DNA of 64,000 nt from an uncultured delta proteobacterium (GTDB lineage: Bacteria > Myxococcota_A > UBA9160 > SMWR01): NCBI GenBank assembly GCA_963832165.1, contig CAWHTE010000007.1, positions 992,001 to 1,056,000 on the forward strand, in the 5' to 3' direction. Below, piece after piece: positions 59,366-64,000 of the stretch. The position numbers and the translations under genes were made by a program. Positions within the stretch are counted from its first letter, which is position 1. Each line of letters begins with the position of its first letter. The notes below the pieces were generated by a model. That model saw nothing but the letters and a program-made list of their open reading frames with translations, was not told where the DNA came from and did not search any database.

Positions 59366-60336
59366 TCGGCGTTCGGCCGGTCGATGACTCCTCGAATCAC
59401 GGTCTCGAGCACGCTCCAGACCTGTTCCGCGTAGAAGCGGTGCATGCGCGGGCCCGGGTGCGGATCGTTCGGCAGCGCCCACAGCGGCTTGCCCCCGGCC
59501 GGACCGAAGTCGCGCACGAACGCGGTCTGCAGGTTGAAGCTCTCGAAGCCGTTCACCTCGAACTCGCGCCGCAAGATCCGATAGCGCGCCATCACCGCCG
59601 CGTCGGCCGGCTGGACCGGACTCGTGAGCACGAACGCATAGCCGTCGATTCCGGCGCGCCGCAGCTCCGTGCCGAGCTCCGCCACCGTGCGCTGCCAGCG
59701 CGCGAGGTAGCGCTCGGCGGGATCGAAGGTGTCGACCACCCATTCGGCGTAGGTGTAACGCCAGCCCATGCGGTCGCCGATCCGGTTGAGCGCGTAATCG
59801 AGCCAGCGAAACAGATCGAGCTGCTTGCTGATCTTTCCGAACACCCTCCACTCCCGCTGCTGACCGCTCGGCTCGTCGATCGGCGGCTGCAGATCGTTGT
59901 CGACGACGCCGACCACGACCAGATCGGGATCGAACCGGCGTCCGTCGCGTTCGAACGCGCGCAGCTCGTCGGTGGTGCTCCAGCCGTTCTGGGCCAGCGT
60001 GATCACTTCGACGCCCGCGCCCGCGATCTGCTGGAGCTGACGCGGCCAGATCTCGTCGTCCGCGACGCCGTGGCCGAACGTGAGCGAGTCACCGAGCACG
60101 AGGATGCGCACGGTGCCGGCGGGCTTCTCGTCAGCGTGCTCCTCGTCGCGATAGCCGAGCGAGTTCAGCGTCGGTCGCAATCGCTCGGGGAAATGGTCGT
60201 AGGTTCCGATCGCGCCCAGCACGCGCGTGCGCGCCCAGTCGCTGCGCACGAAGAGCTCCGCAGCCCCGAGCGAGAGGCCGAGGCTGGTGGCCGCGAGCCC
60301 CGCCGCGGCGGCCGCGCGCCGCCAGGAGTCGCGCAC
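59257..60336 (-). CDS. SGNH/GDSL hydrolase family protein
   Basis: N-terminal TM, LNSLGYRD, LGDSLTFG, DND, DPHP. The 3' end overlaps the methyltransferase by ~110 nt. Confidence 0.85.
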   Translation of the reverse strand: MRDSWRRAAAAAGLAATSLGLSLGAAELFVRSDWARTRVLGAIGTYDHFPERLRPTLNSLGYRDEEHADEKPAGTVRILVLGDSLTFGHGVADDEIWPRQLQQIAGAGVEVITLAQNGWSTTDELRAFERDGRRFDPDLVVVGVVDNDLQPPIDEPSGQQREWRVFGKISKQLDLFRWLDYALNRIGDRMGWRYTYAEWVVDTFDPAERYLARWQRTVAELGTELRRAGIDGYAFVLTSPVQPADAAVMARYRILRREFEVNGFESFNLQTAFVRDFGPAGGKPLWALPNDPHPGPRMHRFYAEQVWSVLETVIRGVIDRPNADYVGRSARRNRNSVLPSPVFMRSSARPRWAQNSTVS

Positions 60337-60342
60337 GCGGGG

Positions 60343-61146
60343 CTACGCCGGATCCCGGAAACGCGGCGGCCGCTTCTCGAGGTTCGCGAGCACCGCCTCG
60401 CGCTGGTTCTCGCCGCGGATCACCGCGGTCTGCAGCTCCTCCTCGAGACGCAGCCCATCGGCGACGCTGCCGAGCAGCGCGGTGTTGAGCAGCTTCTTCG
60501 CCGCGCGCACCGCGTCGGGGCTGCGGCCCGCGATCTCGCGCGCGAGCGCCGTCGCGTCGCGGTGCGGATCGTCGGAGACGTGCGTCGCGACGCGCAGCGC
60601 CACCGCCTCGGTGCCCGAGAAGATCCGCGCCGTGAACGTGAGCTCCTTTGCCACGTCGAGGCCGACCACGTTGCGCAGCGTCTGCGTGAACGCGACGTCG
60701 GGGATCAGCCCCCAGTAGCCCTCGCGGATCGAGAGCTTCGCGTCGGGCGCGACGAAGCGGATGTCGGCGCCCAGCGCGAGCTGCAGGCCGGCTCCGTAGG
60801 CGGTGCCGTGCACGGCCGCGATCACGGGCACGGGAACTTCCTGCCAGATCCACGCGGCGCGCTGCGCGAGGTTCGCGGGGCTCTCGGGCGAGCGGTCGAA
60901 GAGGTTCGGGCCCGAGCGGTTGCGATCGCCGGCGCCGCTGATCGCCTGCAGATCGATCCCGCTCGAGAACGCGCGGCCTGCACCCGAGAGCACCACCGCG
61001 CGCACCGAGCCATCGCGCGCGATCGCCTTGCCCGCCTCGACCAGCGCGACGAACATCGGAACGTCCATCGCGTTCAGCTTGTCTTCGCGCACGAGGCGCA
61101 CGTCCGCGATGCCGTCCTTCTGCTCGATGCGAACTCGTTCGTCCAC
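60343..61146 (-). CDS. Enoyl-CoA hydratase/crotonase family protein
   Basis: DKLNAMD, FSSGIDL, PVIAAVHG, GAGLQLALGADIR, WGLIPD. Confidence 0.92.
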   Translation of the reverse strand: MDERVRIEQKDGIADVRLVREDKLNAMDVPMFVALVEAGKAIARDGSVRAVVLSGAGRAFSSGIDLQAISGAGDRNRSGPNLFDRSPESPANLAQRAAWIWQEVPVPVIAAVHGTAYGAGLQLALGADIRFVAPDAKLSIREGYWGLIPDVAFTQTLRNVVGLDVAKELTFTARIFSGTEAVALRVATHVSDDPHRDATALAREIAGRSPDAVRAAKKLLNTALLGSVADGLRLEEELQTAVIRGENQREAVLANLEKRPPRFRDPA

Positions 61147-61212
61147 GGGTTCTCCCTCCCTGCAAACCGTGCGAGAATGGCGCGCGAATTGCCACCACGC
61201 CCGGAGGCAGCC

Positions 61213-62385
61213 ATGAGCGACGACCTGGTGCTCTGCTCGGGCACGCTGCGCGCGGCCTCGCTGGCCGAGAAGTGCGCGGCCGCCGTGGCGGGCGGCTTCT
61301 CGGCGCTCACGCTCTGGCCCAGCGACGTGGCGCGCGCCCAGCGCGAGGGCCTGGCGCTCGCGGAGACCCGCCGCCTGATCGCGGACCACGGCCTCGAGGT
61401 CGCCGACCTCGATGCACTGCTCGTCTGGCTGCCCGGCGAACAGGTCCCGCCCGGCGTTCCGGGCGAAGCGGAGTTCTACGCGATCGCCGACGCCGTGGGT
61501 GGACGATCGCTCAACGTCGTGCAGGGCTTCGGCGCGAGCGTCGATCTCGATCGCGCCGCGGAGGCGCTTGCGGGCGTGTGCGATCGCGCGCGCGAGCACG
61601 GCCTGTTCGTGACGCTCGAGTATCTGCCGTGGTCGGGCATTCCCGACGCCGCGACCGCGCTCGCGATCGTCGAGCGCTGCGGGCGCGCCAATGCGACGCT
61701 GATGTTCGACACCTGGCACACGTTCCGCGGGCCCACCGACGAGGCACAGCTCGAGAAGATCCCGGCCGCGCGGATCGGCAGCGTGCAGATCAACGATGCG
61801 CCGGCCGAACCCGGGGAGAATCTCGTGAGCGAGACGCTGTCGGCGCGCCTGTTGCCGGGCGAGGGCGCGATCCCGCTCGTGCGCTGGCTGCGCTGGCTCG
61901 ACGCGATCGGGAGCACGGCGCCGATCGGTGTCGAGGTGTTCTCGAGCGCGCTCGATGCGCTGCCGCCCGTCGAGGTGGGACGGCGCTGCGGCGCCGCCGC
62001 GCGCGCGGTGCTCGCCGCCGCGCGTCGCTCAGCCGAAGTGACACACGTAGTGCAACGGCTCGAGCGCCTCGATCTCGAAGCTGCTCTCTCCGGGCACGTC
62101 GAAGCTCTGGCCCGCGCCGTACTCGTTCACGGTGCTGCTGCCCGCGAGCTTCACGCGACAGCGCCCCGCGATCAGCTCCATCTTCTCGGGGGCCGCGGTG
62201 TCGAAGGTCAGCTTCGCGGGCAGGATCACGCCCACGCTCTTCCGCGAACCGTCGGCGAGCCGGATCGTGTGACTGACGCACCGGCCTTCGAAATAGACGT
62301 TGGCCTTGGTATCGATGGAGACGCCGTCGAGGCGCTCGCGGACGGGCATGGGATGCTACTCCTGGGATGGGGCCGGGGATTCTGA
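61213..62385 (+). CDS. Sugar phosphate isomerase/epimerase (TIM barrel); the homologous part ends ~62030 but the ORF continues antisense through ppnP
   Basis: [37 protein letters not shown]. Confidence 0.8.
   Translation: MSDDLVLCSGTLRAASLAEKCAAAVAGGFSALTLWPSDVARAQREGLALAETRRLIADHGLEVADLDALLVWLPGEQVPPGVPGEAEFYAIADAVGGRSLNVVQGFGASVDLDRAAEALAGVCDRAREHGLFVTLEYLPWSGIPDAATALAIVERCGRANATLMFDTWHTFRGPTDEAQLEKIPAARIGSVQINDAPAEPGENLVSETLSARLLPGEGAIPLVRWLRWLDAIGSTAPIGVEVFSSALDALPPVEVGRRCGAAARAVLAAARRSAEVTHVVQRLERLDLEAALSGHVEALARAVLVHGAAARELHATAPRDQLHLLGGRGVEGQLRGQDHAHALPRTVGEPDRVTDAPAFEIDVGLGIDGDAVEALADGHGMLLLGWGRGF
62029..62349 (-). CDS. ppnP: Pyrimidine/purine nucleoside phosphorylase
   Basis: [45 protein letters not shown]. 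Confidence 0.92.
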   Translation of the reverse strand: MPVRERLDGVSIDTKANVYFEGRCVSHTIRLADGSRKSVGVILPAKLTFDTAAPEKMELIAGRCRVKLAGSSTVNEYGAGQSFDVPGESSFEIEALEPLHYVCHFG

Positions 62386-62400
62386 CATCGGAGGTGGTTC

Positions 62401-62856
62401 ATGGCGATCCGGGCAATCTCCCACGTGGCGATCGGCGTGCGCGACATGGAGCGCGCGCTGCGCTTCTACCGCGACGCGCTCGGCCTGCGCGTGAAGCTCG
62501 ACACGATCGAGGAGATTCCGGGCTTCGCGGGGTCGGAGGCGCGCAAGCGGCGCGCGGCCTATCTCGGCTGGAGCGAGGGGCCGCACGAGTCGTTCGTCGT
62601 GCTCGACCAACAGCTCACGACCCCGCCGTTCGGCGAGCCCGCGCGCCTGTTCCAGACCGCCATCCACCACTTCTCGTTCTGGGCGGAGGATCTCGAGGCG
62701 ATCGTCGCGCGCGTGCGCTCGGCGGGCTTCGACGTGCTGTCCGAGCCCGGCTACGGCGACACGCTCGCCTACGGCGAGGCTCCGGGCGGGAAGGTTCTGA
62801 GCACCTTCCTGCGCGACCCCGACGGCAACTACGTGCAGCTCGACCAGCGCGCCTAG
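62401..62856 (+). CDS. VOC/glyoxalase family protein
   Basis: ISHVAIGVRDMERALRFYRDALG, HHFSF, FLRDPDGNYVQL. Confidence 0.9.
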   Translation: MAIRAISHVAIGVRDMERALRFYRDALGLRVKLDTIEEIPGFAGSEARKRRAAYLGWSEGPHESFVVLDQQLTTPPFGEPARLFQTAIHHFSFWAEDLEAIVARVRSAGFDVLSEPGYGDTLAYGEAPGGKVLSTFLRDPDGNYVQLDQRA

Positions 62857-63344
62857 CTGCGCGACGTCACCTCGAACAGCCACACGCCCGCCTCGGTCGG
62901 CGGCAGATCACCGTACTTGCGCTCGAGCTCCGCGCGCACCGTGTCGCCGAGCTGCTGGGTGATGGCGTCGTCGAGCTTCGTGAGCGTCACCGGATAGAGC
63001 TTTCCGTCGATGCGCAGCTTGGCGCGTCCGTCCATCGCGGCCAGCTGGTGCCAGTTCTTTCCGGGCGGGAAACCGAGGCTGCACGGCACATAGGCCTTCC
63101 CCTCGTGGAAGAAGATCCAGGTGATGCGCGAGCGGTCCTGCTGCTCGAGCTGGAGCTCGACCTCTCCCACGTCCTTCACGAACGACCAGTCGGTGACGGG
63201 CTGGGCCACCGCCTCGCCCGCGACGAGCGGTCCGCCCGGGATCGGGCCAAGCGGTCCGTCGTGCAGCCGGGCGCCGTAGAACACGAGTGCGGCCAACACG
63301 GCCAGCGCGGCGAGGATGCGAGCGATCCAGCGAATCACGCCCAT
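62853..63344 (-). CDS. Hypothetical membrane-anchored protein
   Basis: N-terminal TM, DGPLGPIPGGPL. GGAGG RBS. Confidence 0.7.
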   Translation of the reverse strand: MGVIRWIARILAALAVLAALVFYGARLHDGPLGPIPGGPLVAGEAVAQPVTDWSFVKDVGEVELQLEQQDRSRITWIFFHEGKAYVPCSLGFPPGKNWHQLAAMDGRAKLRIDGKLYPVTLTKLDDAITQQLGDTVRAELERKYGDLPPTEAGVWLFEVTSRS

Positions 63345-63377
63345 GGAGACCTCCGGAATGCGCGCGACTCTAGCCGA

Positions 63378-63797
63378 TCACGCGTACATCGGGAGCCGAT
63401 CGCGCAGCCGCAGCCAGCCGCGCGCGATCCGGTAGATGATCCACGCGGTGATCGTGACGAGGATCGGAATTGCGATCGGGATGCCGATGATCGTCACCAT
63501 GAGAATCGCGGCGAGGACCAGCCAAAGGAGCGCAAACCAGAACGTGCGGATCTGCCAGCGATAGTGCGAGTCGAGCCAGGTGTCGCGCGCCTCGCTGCGC
63601 TTCACGTAGTTCAGGATCACGGCGAGGATCGACGGTACGCTCCCGACGAAGCTGCCGACCACCGTCGCAGTGCCGAGCACCCCCACGACGATCGCGAGCG
63701 TGTGCAGCGCGTAGACGGCGTTTGCCACCGTCCACGCGGACTCGGACGGAGTGCTCTCGACGGGAAGACTCGTTTGCACGTTGGCTTCCTCCTGCAT
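63378..63797 (-). CDS. DUF4870-like small membrane protein
   Basis: [28 protein letters not shown]. Confidence 0.8.
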   Translation of the reverse strand: MQEEANVQTSLPVESTPSESAWTVANAVYALHTLAIVVGVLGTATVVGSFVGSVPSILAVILNYVKRSEARDTWLDSHYRWQIRTFWFALLWLVLAAILMVTIIGIPIAIPILVTITAWIIYRIARGWLRLRDRLPMYA

Positions 63798-63850
63798 CGA
63801 GTATCGCGTACTCTGCGGCTCCCGCCCCGGCCAGCGCCACGGAGACCGAC

Positions 63851-64000
63851 TTGCTCGCCGACTCGATTCTCGAAGGGCTGAACCCCGCGCAGCGCGAAGC
63901 CGTGATCACCACGGAGGGGCCGTTGCTCGTGCTCGCGGGCGCGGGCAGCGGCAAGACGCGCGTTCTGACGCAGCGGATCGCCTACCTCGTGGGCGCGTGC
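63851..64000 (+). CDS. uvrD: UvrD/PcrA/Rep helicase, 5' fragment
   Basis: LNPAQREAV...[27 protein letters not shown] start with GGAG upstream. Confidence 0.9.
   Translation, partial: MLADSILEGLNPAQREAVITTEGPLLVLAGAGSGKTRVLTQRIAYLVGAC

Overview
64 kb of high-GC bacterial chromosome (about 70% by eye, not computed). Gene content suggests a Myxococcota or deltaproteobacterial lineage: PEP-CTERM protein, topoisomerase VI, long HflX, sigma54 promoters. Most of it is housekeeping and catabolic DNA: an arginine succinyltransferase-type operon, rmlAC, top6AB, folC, mutS2, murQ, fabH-like, hflX, glmU-glmS, ppnP, a partial uvrD/pcrA, and several lipid/xenobiotic oxidoreductases. I saw no rRNA, tRNA, CRISPR array, transposase or integrase. 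Scattered 1-2 nt frameshifts look like long-read consensus errors. The four most interesting signals are: (1) a Fur-box-controlled operon for a porin, FMN-binding protein, membrane protein and ApbE, led by a phage-Mu Com-like zinc ribbon and a GAGCC-repeat leader that can sequester the porin ribosome-binding site; (2) an unannotated ~85-nt sigma54-driven small RNA candidate with a C-rich anti-SD bulge and an upstream palindrome; (3) a ~40-bp dispersed repeat at gene 5' ends that is apparently translated as an N-terminal VSRSEPxASE peptide; (4) a stand-alone ArgZ-like dihydrolase in the astB position of the ast operon. All family assignments come from motif recognition, not database searches.
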